A stretch of 64,000 nt of DNA from Octopus sinensis (taxonomy: Eukaryota), in the NCBI RefSeq assembly GCF_006345805.1, contig NC_043004.1, forward strand, positions 35,278,001 through 35,342,000. The letters run 5' to 3'. Shown piece after piece: positions 25,678-38,829 of the stretch. The position numbers and the translations under genes were made by a program. Positions within the stretch are counted from its first letter, which is position 1. Each line of letters begins with the position of its first letter. Below the pieces are notes generated by a model. That model was not told where the DNA came from. It worked only from the letters and a program-made list of their open reading frames with translations, and did not search any database.

Positions 25678-26056
25678 TTATTACCTCTGCCTTAGCGACC
25701 TCGGAGGTATTGTTTTCGGTAGCGTTTGTTTGTTTGTCCATAGTCAAGATATCTCAAGAACCGTTGGATGGATTCTGATGAAACTTTTTGGAATGTTTGG
25801 CCTTGTGATTGGCACGAAACTGATTAGATTTTGGGATTGACTGATCCAGTACCGGTCAAGGATTCTGGATTATTTTTCCTGTTTTTTTTTTTAATTAATT
25901 TTTGAAAATGGTCATGTTCATCTTTAGTATTCTCGTTTGTGAGAGCAGTCGAGTGTATTTCAGATATTCTCGTTTTAAAAAATCCTCTCTGGCAAATCGT
26001 CAAAAGGATGTTGGTGTTGTCTTGGCAGAGGTTTGCACTCTCTGAGTGTTTTTGTT
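25678..26056 (+). mobile_element. Non-autonomous Helentron-type element (HINE/DINE-1-like)
   Basis: subTIRs acctctgcc (25683-25691) and ggcagaggt (26024-26032), an internal IR acctcggaggt, a (GTTT)n microsatellite, a 3' stem-loop gcactctctgagtg(t), and T-rich flanks. Confidence 0.7.
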
Positions 26057-28229
26057 CATTTTACTTTCTTTTATTTTATTCATATGGTTTCAATGTCAAA
26101 TATGACAATTTGTTTAAGACAGCAGGTTGTGATTTGAAGCTTATCTGATCTGACTGCTATATTTAGCAAGTTAAGTAGTTGCATAGGAGCCCCATCCAGT
26201 TGTAGCATTTGTGGTATTTGTACAGGTGTTTGGGTACGGAAGGCTAATGGTACCAACAATGAGGACAATTATGTTGGTAGGACCCTACTGCAGAACTGTG
26301 CCCCTGTATACGTAGGTAGTCTCTCATATTTAGCATGGTTTTTTGTAGCTGTTGTCATTTGGTCTCAAGTCAGCTCTGATTGAACATGACTTTGAGCAGA
26401 GATGTTCCATCCATGACCATCTTGTCATTATCTAATATAACACTATCCCATTTGTTCTTCCTATTTCATGATGATAGGGCCTTATTTAAAGGACATGCAG
26501 CTGCTATTTCTAGCAGGTCCCATGACAGGATAGAAGTTCCTGGGTTCCCCTGATTGTGAAGATGGTATATTGGTATTTAAATGTGACGATGTGATATGCA
26601 CCAGTTTTTGGTGTTGTGCTATTTGATATAGTTTGTTGTGGTGAGGGCACATGGCCCAGTGGTTCAAGTTTTGCGTTCAGAATTGCAAGATCATGGTTTC
26701 AGTTCCTGGACTGGGTGATTCATTGAGTTCTTAAAAGAAAACACTTCACCTCCTGTTGTGCCACAGTCACTTTGACATCATGACATGGGGCACACTGTGC
26801 CTTTGTACAGGCAACATCGATTTCATAGAGTGAGTGAGCTAATATACAGCACAAACTTTTGATCACAATAAACAAACCATCTTTCTTAGTCTACCAGACA
26901 CTACCATCATCATCATCATAGTTTGTTGTGGGGAAATCAGAGACCCAGATAAGTCTCATATCCAAGATGTCTATTATCATAAACAGATAGAGCCTCAACA
27001 GAAAGTACAAGCAGAACAATAACACCCACCACCACTACACTACACAACATGATGGTTAAAGACAGAATAGGAGGAAAAAACACAGATACAAACAATATAA
27101 TACATAAACCAATACACACACACACACACACACACACAAAAGACACCCATACACATACTTAAGATGAAATAGAGAGGTAAGTAAATAAATATTAAAAAAT
27201 TAAATAAATATATAAAGGACATCGATACAAATAGTATAGTAAGTAAAGCCATATACACACACAAAACACACATACAAAAACACATAGAGACAGATACACA
27301 CACACACATACATATGCAGACTCAACCGCATGCACAGATAAGAATACGTATCATAGAAAGACAGAATGGAACAAACAGAACAGGGAGATACGTGGGATGG
27401 AGTGTTGCTGAAGAGGTCACAGGAGTGTGATGAAAGGTTTCCAGACAATGGACATAAAATAAGAGCAGAAATAGACAAGTAAAGAACAAATACAAACAAA
27501 TAACTGTCCCAAAATATAACAACAGATGCTATTTCTGCTTGTTTGACAATTTGGACCCTTTTCAAAGCCCTAACAATATTTCTACATCTCTTTGCTATCT
27601 TGCATGTGTATTGTAATAGTTAGCTGTAATTCATTCTTGACCAGTCAGACCCATGATCACAGGTGCCCCAGGAGCGGTCTGCTTTTAATTTAGGTATTGT
27701 GTATTGAGGACTACATTATTAATGTGACCTTATTTTGTTTGTGTGTTGTTGTTTTTTAAGACATTAGAAAGTAATCTGAGAGAGATTCAGCTGCTGTTTT
27801 TATTAGGATAAGCAACTATGGTAGCACTGCCTCATTGGGTCATGTGATTCTTAGTATTTCAATCTCCATGAATCTCTGTGAGTTAGTTATTAGAGAGAGA
27901 AATATATGAGTTAATGTTGTTATGGACATGAAGGTGATGGAATGGTAGAATCATTTGCATGCTGGGCAAAACGCTTAGCAGCATTTCATCTACCATTATG
28001 ATCTGAGATCAAATTCCACCAAGGTTGATGTTGCCTTTCATCTCTTCAGGGTCAATAAAATATAAGTACCAGTTGAACACTAGGGTCAATGTAATTGACT
28101 GACCTCTTCCCCTGAAATTTCTGGCTTTATGCCAAACTTTGGAGCCAATATTGTTAAGGATGTGTGTTTCAAGGGTTTAAGGTATTCATAAGGAGAGTGA
28201 TTGGTCCCTGTGATGCTGCTTCAGCTGGA

Positions 28230-28520
28230 TTGATATTAACTTGTAAAATATTGCAAGGTTTTTGGTGAATCAAACTAGAGGGTGTCCCCTGGCTCAGCAA
28301 ATGGAAGTGTTTGTAGATTCATACTTTCCTGGGGTCGCTTACTTTGCAAGTGTTTCGTTTTCTTCATAGGTAACCTAATTAAGGTTGGGCAATGCTTAGA
28401 TATTGGTGTCTAGTTTTGGGAGGGTCAGTGGCATTATGTTTAAAACGTTGCCTTATGGGATATGGTTTTTAAAAGAGTCTATAATAATTCTGTTGAATGC
28501 CTGCACTGGATTCTTTAACC
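28230..28520 (-). mobile_element. Possible Penelope-like RT thumb fragment
   Basis: The minus strand gives ..NHIP*GNVLNI../DPPKTRHQYL..LGY, loosely like the IPY(S/G)Q.LR..R..L..LGY region. It is very degenerate. Confidence 0.3.
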
Positions 28521-28681
28521 CTTAATCACCCTCAACCAGATACTTCATTATTCAGGATGTAACAGAAACATTTCCCATAGTTTAAACCCACGTGTGATAT
28601 TAGTGAAGTTAAGCAGATGCTAATAATGTCAGCATTCAGCTAAGGTTTAACCGTTTTTTTCTTTTTCCTTCAGTTACCAGC

Positions 28682-28790
28682 ATGGCTTTGACTGGTGCAC
28701 TTTGTACATTTGCTGTTGAAACGTTTAACAAGAATGGTAAAACTGATGTTTGGGTGGCACCCAGCATTTTCTGCAGAAACTTAATGAAGG
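28682..28790 (+). mobile_element. 5' fragment of a mariner-like transposase (DUF4817-type HTH start)
   Basis: MALTGALCTFAVETFNKNG resembles the M.WT..QRAFAVE.FFKNG N-terminus of these transposases (recognised by eye). Confidence 0.45.
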
Positions 28791-29831
28791 AGATTTTCTT
28801 TGTTATTCTTGATTTGTAATTTTGAATTAGTTTTATTGAGATGAATGTTTTTATGCCTCGTCTTTTGTTGGAGTTGCTGTTATCTGCTGAATATTTTCTT
28901 TGTTTTGTACAGAATCATCACCTCTGACTTTCAATCAGACATAGTTCTGCTGTTGCCGATGATGATGCTGCTGACCTGTCTGTGTCACTGCAAAGTGCTT
29001 CCTCTGTCAATATTCCTCAGCCAACCACCCTGTCTGTTGCTTTTACTTTTGCCACCTCTGTTTGTTTTCCTGTCATAATTTAACCAAGAGAATGAGAACA
29101 AAATACATCATTATGTAGTCTATCTTATTTGTATTAAGATGGTGGATTGTATTCCAAGAGAGATTTAGCAAAGAATTCTGGCAGATTGAGTCAGCGCATA
29201 AAGAGCCATTCAACTCAATTGTTTTGAAATGAATATAAAATACAGAATAAAGGGGATTCCACAGTTGATTTGGTAAAAGCATAAAGCAAGGGACTTTAGT
29301 GTCTGGTGTGATTCAATTACTACATCAGGTGTAAATATAGTAGATATCAATTGGAGAAAAAGGATAGGAATTTCGTTAAAGAGATAATAAAAACTATCAA
29401 AAGGAAATTGAGTGAAGAAAGTTTTCTTTTTATAAAACCTTGATAGATAATGTATTTTAAACAGTTGGCATTATCAAGACTATTATCTTCAGTAAGTTCT
29501 TTCAGAGAGAAAACACTATAAGCAAAAGCAAATGAGATTGAAACGATAAAGCAAGAGTAAAAGTGGGATTGAGAAGAGTGAGATTATAAAAGAAATGTTA
29601 TTGAAGAAAAGTAAGAAGTTGGTTGTTGTAAGTAAAGATTTACAACAATATGGAGGGATGATGGATAAGAAAAATAAGAGAAGTAGCTGCATGGAGATGT
29701 TGAAATTGCTTTCTGATAATGTAATATCAATATTGCAGGGAGAGGGAAAAAAATTAACAAAATATATTCCCTATGGGTATGTGTATATGTGTGTGTGTAT
29801 GTGTGTGCATGTGTATGTATGTGTGTGTGTG

Positions 29832-29922
<91 letters not shown>

Positions 29923-31839
29923 TATATACATATATATGTATATATATATATATATATGTATATATGCATGTATATATATAAGTACATCTACATATGTATA
30001 AATATATATATGCATACACATATATACATATACATATATACATACACATATATAGTTGTCTCTTAGTTTACACATTACTTGGTTTGAATGGTTTCACTTT
30101 AACATGTTTCTGGTTTGAGTTCAATTTTTTTTCCTGGTTCCCTTTACATATCCAGAGACTTTATTTAGTTGGATCCATTTCAGTTTTCTTATTGTTTTTC
30201 CTTTCCATACTTCAATCGTGTGGAAGATTCTATGCTAAACTAACACTTATGTCAGATTTAAGTTTTATTCTTTTAAATATTTTGTTACATATTTTCAAGA
30301 TTGGAAAGCAAGGTTTCTAATATCAAAACAGAAAAGGATGAGAAAGTTGATTTGTCTGGATATGAAAAAATTAGGAAATGAAATCAATTTTAAGATAGAA
30401 ACATACTGACAAAAGCTATGCAGCAACAGTTGAACGAATCAAATTATACGACAGAGATAATCAGTCAGTATGATCAAAAGATTTTGGAAAAAGTTTCATA
30501 AACTATAAGAAAAGTGCCAAAGACTTTGTGTTACACTAAGTTACAATAATTGAAGAAGGTTCCTATTTTTTTAAATAAGCATTTAATGCATGAAACTGAT
30601 TTCTTATAGACAAAAATGCCAAAAAAAGAATCTTTATATCAAGAATAGTGTCTAAAATTTTATTGGCTAAACTGGCAAAATGACCGTTCCTAAATACAAA
30701 AATATGTTTCAACACACGACTTCACATCAAGAATCTTGCAAAACAAATACATAAACGTAAGTGTCTAAAATGTTTTGCAGACTCAAAGCATCTAAAGATC
30801 AATTCTCAATATGTTGGTGGGGCCTGGGACCCATTCTTTAATACAAAAGAATCAGTGAATACTTTGTTCAAAATGAAAGGTTCCAAAATGTGGTTATGTG
30901 ATGAAGATGAAAGGAAACAGCCAAACACTGCCATTTCAGCAAAGGAACTTTTGATTTGTTTCTCCCTGTTTCACTTGGTTTAGTGTGACTTTAGTGCTTC
31001 GAGCCAAGAGAAGCAGATTTGAAATACGGTGATTTAGGGCTGGAAATTGTCTCTTCAAATCAAGGAAATTTGCCAAAATCACCCAGGCACTAGTTCCTCA
31101 TTAAAGAGATTCACTTTTTTTGCTGAGTCATTAATGTACTTGTTTTTTTTGTACTCAGTACTTAATAAATGAATTACTGTTAGATTCTGTTGTATTAAAT
31201 GATTGTGATAAAATATTAAAAATGAAGTATTTTTTCCTTTTCTCCAACAACAGTTAGTGCATACAATTTCTGGAAAGTTGCAGTGGGTCCTGGGGGAAAA
31301 TGGGGTTGGGAAACACAGCTGTAATGCATTCAGTGATTGCAGCATGAAGCTAATTATCAGTTAATCAAGCTCTTAATCCATGAGTGAACTGAATAAAAAT
31401 ACTCTGAAACGTTTTGGAGAGATATTGCAAAATTCCAAAATTGGGTTTATCAAATCTTTGCTCCTCAAGTTGTAATTTATCTTCCCCCTCCTCCCCTTCC
31501 TCTCCACCACTGCCATCGCAACCACCACCACCACTGTCATCATCATCTTAATGTAAACGTTTCCATGATTGCATAGATTAGAGTTTTACTGAGGCAGATT
31601 TTCTACAGATGGATGCCCTCCTTGCCACCAAACTTCATTTCCCCATGGCCAGACATGTTGTTGCAAGGTAATGAAGGTGAATGAATCTGCTTTTACAGCA
31701 GTAACATTCGTTTACAACTATCAGACAAGGACACACACGCGCACACACATACATACATACACACACACATACCCACACAGACATACACATACATACACAC
31801 ATACATGCACATACATACCCACGTACACACACATACATA

Positions 31840-32480
31840 CATACCAACACATACATACACAAATACATGCACACATACGTACATTCACACACATACATAC
31901 AGACACACACTCTCTCGCACACACATACATACACAAATACATGCACACATACGTACATTCACACACATACATACACACACACACTCTCTCGCACACACAT
32001 ACATACACAAATACATGCACACATACGTACATTCACACACATACATACACACACACACACTCTCTCGCACACACATACATACACAAATACATGCACACAT
32101 ACGTACATTCACACACATACATACACACACACACTCTCTCGCACACACATACATACACAAATACATGCACACATACGTACATTCACACACATACATACAC
32201 ACACACACTCTCTCGCACACACATACATACACAAATACATGCACACATACGTACATTCACACACATACATACACACACACACTCTCTCGCACACATACAT
32301 ACACACATACATGCACACATACGTACATTCACACACACATACATACATTCACACACATACATACACACACACACTCTCTCGCACACACATACATACACAA
32401 ATACATGCACACATACATACATTCACACACATACATACACACACACATACACATACACACACACTCTCGCACACACATAC
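31840..32480. repeat. Minisatellite of about 72-74 bp, 8-9 copies, built from CA/TA dinucleotide tracts
   Basis: The unit aaatacatgcacacatacgtacattcacacacatacatacacacacacactctctcgcacacacatacatacac recurs with near identity. Confidence 0.9.
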
Positions 32481-32949
32481 ATGACAGTCTTCTTTAGCAT
32501 TTCTGTCTACTGAATCCACTCTCAAGTCTTTGGTCAGCTTAGGGCTTTAGCAGAAGATGCTTGCCCAAGGGGTACGCAGTGGGACAGAACCTGAAACCAT
32601 ATAACTTGGAAGCTAACTTCTTAGCCGCTTAGCCATGCCCAAGCCTGACAAAATCAAACGCTCCATCACATCCTTCTGGTTCAGAACACCCAGCCATTAA
32701 AGGGATTTTAAGGCAAACTGTGTTGAAATTTTGCCTGAAAAAACACTGGACGATGCTGCTGTGCACAGAAAGAAGAATGTTTTATGAGGAAGGGCATGGA
32801 AAGAGAGGATTGGATGGGGTGAGTGGGTAATTTCACAAGATTGTGAAAGGAGAGTGGGAGATGGTGAAGAGGGGGGTGTAGTGAGTGGGGTAGGGTGTTG
32901 GGAGGGTGTGTTGTGGGGGAAGAGATTCAGTAGGGACACATTGTGTGCA

Positions 32950-33182
32950 GGCGGCAAGCTGGCAGAAACGTTAGCACACTGGACGAAATGCTTAGCGGTA
33001 TTTCGTCTGCTGTTACGTTCTGAGTTCAAATTCCGTCAAAGTCGACTTTGCCTTTCATCCTTTCAGGGTCGATAAATTAAGTACCAGTCACTCACTGGGG
33101 TCGATGTAATTGACTTAATCCGTTTGTCTGTCCTTGTTTATCCTCTCTGTATTTAGCCCCTTGTGGGTAGTAAAGAAATAGG
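32950..33182 (+). mobile_element. tRNA-headed SINE (family D)
   Basis: ggcggcaagctggcagaaacgttagc..gagttcaaattcc..gtcgactttgcctttcatcctttc..gtaaagaaatagg. Further copies occur at about 1800-2043(-), 13552-13775(-), 27945-28150(+), 44690-44882(-), 49897-50105(+) and 57200-57350(+). Confidence 0.85.
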
Positions 33183-33339
33183 TAGTTTCATGAGAGAGAG
33201 AGAGAGAGGGAGGTGAGATAAAGGGGAAGAGAATACAGTGAGTGGTAATCAGAGGTGGAAGGGGAGGAGTAGGTAGAGTGTATGTGTGGATGTGGGGGGG
33301 TTGTCAGGGAATGGAATGTGTGCAACGACATGGACATGC

Positions 33340-34470
33340 CTTTTATACCCAATTATTTGCTCAAAATACTGAACCTTTGTTGTACACTGCCACACAGACA
33401 TTGCACATCCAGGGGAACATGCTGGCTTCATTTCTTTCAAGCTTTTGCATGACCTCCACAATCAAAGCTCACAATCCACTTGCATGTAGCTGTTTGTACA
33501 CAAGCATCATACAAATCTGCTTTTCACAGTGAGAGAAGGGTCCTTTATTATTCACAAAGGTAACAGTTTCTGAACCTTGCCTGGATAGTTCTGATTCTTA
33601 CAATTATGCTTTCAGAGCTTCTGCCCTCCCCCCATTACTAATTTGGCCACCTAGGAAATGGAAACTATCAACTATCTCTAGGGATACCCCTGAGTGTTTG
33701 AAGAAGGCTACTTTTTGTGTATTCTTATTATTTATTGTTCCTGCATATCTGATACACACAAAGACTACAATCCCACTTAATCTTCCTGTCATACCACTGT
33801 ACCTCTTACGTGTCCATAACTTTCACTAGGTACACTGTATGGAAATTGTACCTTTTCTACATATTAGGCAGGGCCATTTCCCAGAAGGGATTAGTAATTT
33901 CTCTTACTTTTACTTTGGTAAATTAACTCTAAGGTCCTTTGATTTCAGGCCTTGCTTCTACACATGAAATTTCTCAAATTCTTACCAGAGATTCAGCTAT
34001 AAGAACAATATCAGCATCATAGAGGAGGTCCCATTGGCAACCAGTTTTAAATTCTTTTGTTATGTCCTGGAAGATTTTGATAAACAAGGGAGGGCTGTGA
34101 ACCAATCCTTGGTGAAATCCTACTAGCGCACTAAACTTGTTGCTATATGCATTGCTGACTTTCACTTTATTGACAGCATCCCTGGCTCTCACTAGCCACT
34201 CATCTATCCTTAGATTCTGCATTGACCACTAGATGTGGGAGCAAGGGACCCTGTCAAGTCTCCTTGTTGACAAATGCCAAGTACAGTAATTTATTTTTTG
34301 GCTAAATGCTTCTCCTGCAATTGCCTCACCAGGAATATAGCATCAGTGGTGCTTCTCCCCAGCACAAAACCAAGCTTTATCTCATCTAGGTTGACTCTTT
34401 TCCCAAACTGTGAACCAATAATCTTTTCTGTAACTTTCATGACCTGGTCCAGCAATTTGATACACCTGCA
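33340..34470 (-). mobile_element. RTE-clade LINE fragment (RT core and C-terminus, interrupted near 33830-33960)
   Basis: LRIDEWLVRA..VKV..YS.KFS..VG.HQG.V.SP.LFI..QDITKEFKTGC.W.LLY.ADIVLIAES; SLEIVDSF.FLG.QIS.GG. Confidence 0.8.
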
Positions 34471-34519
34471 ATTACTTTGGTCTCAGATAAATTTAATATT
34501 TTTCATTGGGGGGAGACAA

Positions 34520-34960
34520 ATGTAGTAGAAATTTGTTAAACTTCATTAAATGTGTATTAGAAGGTTATTTTGTCTAGATTAGAGCTGAATGGGTGTGATA
34601 CTGGAACCAAAGCAAAAAAAATCTGGACTCAGAACTAATTAATATTGCTCATTCAGCAGGATTGATTAGTTTTGTTGACAAAGAAATTTATAGACTGTTT
34701 GAGGAACAGGAGTTGGAAAAAGATTTTATTGATATCATCACCTTATTACTAAATGATGAATGTGTGGCATTGGGGGTGATGTTGATGAAGCATACTCACT
34801 GACTCCTGTAGAAATGGGCTAGAAATGGTAAGAAACCTAGAAACTGATTGTATTAAGAAGGATGGTTGTAATACAGAGCACAGTATAAAATTACAAAGAG
34901 GATCAAAGCCCTTGAAAGCAAAGAAGGAAAACCTTTTCAATAATTAAAAAAAAAACGGTT
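34520..34960 (+). mobile_element. Tigger/pogo-like transposase C-terminal remnant
   Basis: INIAHSAGL..VDKEIYRLFEEQE..GLEMVRNLET..NTEHSIKLQRG resembles Tigger C-termini. It is heavily decayed. Confidence 0.4.
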
Positions 34961-35974
34961 TTGCAACCTAAAATTACAGATATCATGCATTTGCTGGCTA
35001 CATTAAAAGTAGAATTAGAAACTTTAAACATGTAGAGATAAGACTGAAGATTAAAGACCAATTAAGGAAAAAGAATTGTTCTGATATCTTCTAATGGAAA
35101 GACAAACATTACAAAAACCATGTTATGAATGTGATTCCATGTGGAAAGACAAACAGTACAAAAACCATGAATGTGGCTCCATGATGTACAGTTCAGTCAT
35201 TAGATTATGACCATGTGGATTAACATCTTCAGGGATTTTAATTGATTAAATCAACTCCATTACTTACTTCTAAATGAAACCTATTTGTTGAATTGCAAAG
35301 TGATGGGACATAGTAACGTAACAAGGGTTGTTATCTTAGTGTAAGACATTGTAATTCATGTAACTCATATGTAAGTGTAACACAATATCAGTGTCACACA
35401 GACACAGGCACACAAGACATATATACACACACACAAACATTAGCACTTACCTGTTCTTAAAGCAAGAGGTGTCTAATGAAAGGTGCAAAGCCAGTGGATC
35501 TCTTTTGACAGGGCAAATGACAGCAATGTCAGTGTGTCCTACAATTAATCTGACAATGAACCTAACTCTGCCTTATTGTTCTTGAGTACCATTATCAGAA
35601 TCCCGTCCATTGCTAGCATTTTGGCTAGGATTAAACTCTGGGAACAAAACAATAGGCTGATGTGCTGCTTTGTATTGCAGTTAAGATAGAAATCAACAAA
35701 ACTCCACCTGGAGAAATAGACAAACTTATTCAGTCGGATGCATTTGTTTCATCATTAGTGTTATGTTAATTAAAAAATGCCAGAAGCTAAATTCTAAAAG
35801 ACTGTTCTTGAGAAAAATTAACATTTTAAACAACAACGCCAACAAGAAGACAAGGAGAGGAGAGGAGGTATTTCTCTGGAAGAAAAATCACTAAGATAAG
35901 ATGAGGAGATACGTACACACATACATGCATGCCCACATACATACATACATACAATACATACATACACACACGCA

Positions 35975-36044
<70 letters not shown>

Positions 36045-36095
36045 CTTGCATACATACATATAGACAGACAGACAAGTAAATAGATAGATAGGTAG

Positions 36096-36143
<48 letters not shown>

Positions 36144-36531
36144 AGAGAGAGAGAGACTGACAAACAGATAAACAAACAGCCGGATGGACAAACATACAGA
36201 TGTATGAATAGACCGACAGACAGACAGATGTATGAATAGATATGGCTCAAAATGTACAACACAAAACGTAGGTGTGTGTGCTTGCCTGTATATGTACTGT
36301 GAACTTGTGCATGTGTGTGCATGTGTGTGTGTATGTATGTATGTATGTATGTATGTATGTATGTATGGATGGATGGATGGAGGGATGGATGGATGGATGG
36401 ATGGATTTACATATGTATGCATGTGTATGTATGTTGTACACACACATACACATATATATAACTGAATATATTCTTATATCATACATCTTTATATCTTTTC
36501 TTATTTAAAAATGATTGTAAAGCGATTTTGC

Positions 36532-36583
<52 letters not shown>

Positions 36584-37319
36584 CTCCATGTTTCAACAGT
36601 CAAGTTACTCATGGAACTCGGCAAATAAAAGATGCTGTTATACATTCAGATATGCTACGGAACAACAAAATCTATACAAGTAATTAAATATTCATATTAT
36701 CTACTATACAAGCAGATATTAAGCATAAATATTTAATTAAAATAGAACCAGGTATTAATTAATGTTTTGTATGTCTGCTTATCCGTGGAGAAAAGAAGTG
36801 AAACTGCACGCACGTTTGCTATATATAGCAACAATATGCCTGAGGGGACGCAGCTGGGGCAAGCATTCAGCTTAACTAAATGGAAATAAAGTAGCATTTC
36901 TCAGATCTAATATGTGATATGTAATATTTGTAACATGGTGTATTGAAAATTCTTGATCAATTCAGATTGTCCAAGCCGTTATTAGACAAGAGTATCTTGG
37001 AGTGTTTTAAATATTTTTTTTAAATCAAGGTAAATAATTGTTATAAAATCAATTAATCAAAATTTTCAGTCAATACAGATTAGAGCGGATTTAGGGATTT
37101 AGTCTTTAAAACTCATTGGTGAAAGTAAGAGACAAGTTTTGATCTTATTAAACCTCTTCAGAGAAGCATATTCATAATTAACATTACTGTATTTGTTCTA
37201 GCATCATCATCCTCATCATCAACATCACCACTGTCGTCATTGTTGTCATCATCATCATTATCTCCACCACCACCACCACCACCACCACCATCATCATTAT
37301 CTTCTTCATCATCTCGATA

Positions 37320-37725
37320 TTTACTCTTTTTTACTCTTTTACTTGTTTCAGTCATTTCACTGTGGCCATGCTGGAGCACTGCCTTTAGTCGAACAAATCG
37401 ACCCCAGGACTTGTTCTTTGTAAGCCTAGTGCTTATTCTATCGGTCTCTTTTGCCGAACTGCTAAGTTACAGGGACGTAAACACACCAGCATCGGTTGTC
37501 AAGTGATGTTGGGGGGGACAAACACGGATGCACAAACATATACACACACATACATAAATAAATACGATGGGCTTCTTTCAGTTTCCGTCTACCAAATCCA
37601 CTCACAAGGCTTTGGTTGGCCCGTGGCTATAGTAGAAGACACTTGCCCAAAGTGCAACACAGTGGGACTGAACCTGGAACCATGTGGTTGGTAAGCAAGC
37701 TACTTACCACACAGCCACTCCTACG
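37320..37725 (-). mobile_element. Family C SINE
   Basis: Reverse complement of 8646-9038. Confidence 0.85.
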
Positions 37726-38359
37726 TTAATTATATGTAGTTTTGCCAATACACTTCAATTTCTAACTCTGAGACAAGGGTTAGGGGTTGGGGTGTATTTG
37801 TAAAGGGTTTCTTACTATTCAGTCAAGTAGTCTTTAATTTTGGAAACCTGTAGCTAGAAAACCTTTATGTAGTCACTCAACTTGTTAGAAATAGCAGTCA
37901 ATGTTTATTCCAAATCACATTCCACTGTCTTCAGAAAGGGGAAGAGACACATGAGATAGTTCAGTCATAGATACCAAAAACTACAACTGGATGGTCATGG
38001 CTGGAATATCTTTGCTCAAAGGTCTGTTCAGTCGTAGTTGATCTGAAACCAAACAACAACAACTTGCTTAGTAAACGTCCAAGAAAGCTCACAGATATAT
38101 ATGACTGAGTCTACAAGATGTGGTTTATACTCCATGGTATACAGTGGCTAAATAATCCTTCTGGGAAATGGAGATTTACAAAAAATATTTTAAACAACAG
38201 AGCAGAGAATAATACATGGCAAAATGTTGCAGGTTAATGAATAGCAAAAATATATAGAATTTCTGAGTTAATGGGTGGAGTGGAATATAGGAGGAAGAGT
38301 TAAGACACAACTAAATTGTTGACAAGTTCTTAGTGTGAATTTGTTATAGAAATCTTTCC

Positions 38360-38829
38360 TGTCATCGTCGTCGTCATCATCATTATCAGTATTATCATTA
38401 TCATCATCATTATTATTATTACTATTATTATTATCATCATCATTATTATTATTACTATTATTATTATTATTATCATCATCATCATCATTATTATTATTAC
38501 TATTATTATTATTATTATTATTATTATTATCATCATTATTATTATTATTATTATCATCATTATTATTATTACTATTATTATTATTATTATTATCATTATT
38601 ATCATCATCATTATTATTATTATACTATTATTATTATTATTATTATTATTATTATCATCATTATTATTATTACTATTATTATTATTATTATTATCATTAT
38701 TATCATCATCATTATTATTATTATTACTATTATTATTATTATTATTATTATCATTATTATTATCATTATTATTATTATCATTATTATTATTATTATCATT
38801 ATTATTATTATTATCATTATTATTATTAT
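38360..38829. repeat. Compound (ATT/ATC/ACT)n microsatellite, about 470 bp
   Basis: Directly visible trinucleotide array. Confidence 0.95.

Noticed and set aside
28674-28736. Strong acceptor/donor pair with a 63 nt open frame
   Set aside because: The peptide looks like a mariner-type transposase N-terminus rather than a host exon.
30340-30800. Possible piggyBac-like transposase remnant (VDLS..)
   Set aside because: Too degenerate, with no TIR/TTAA or continuous motif.
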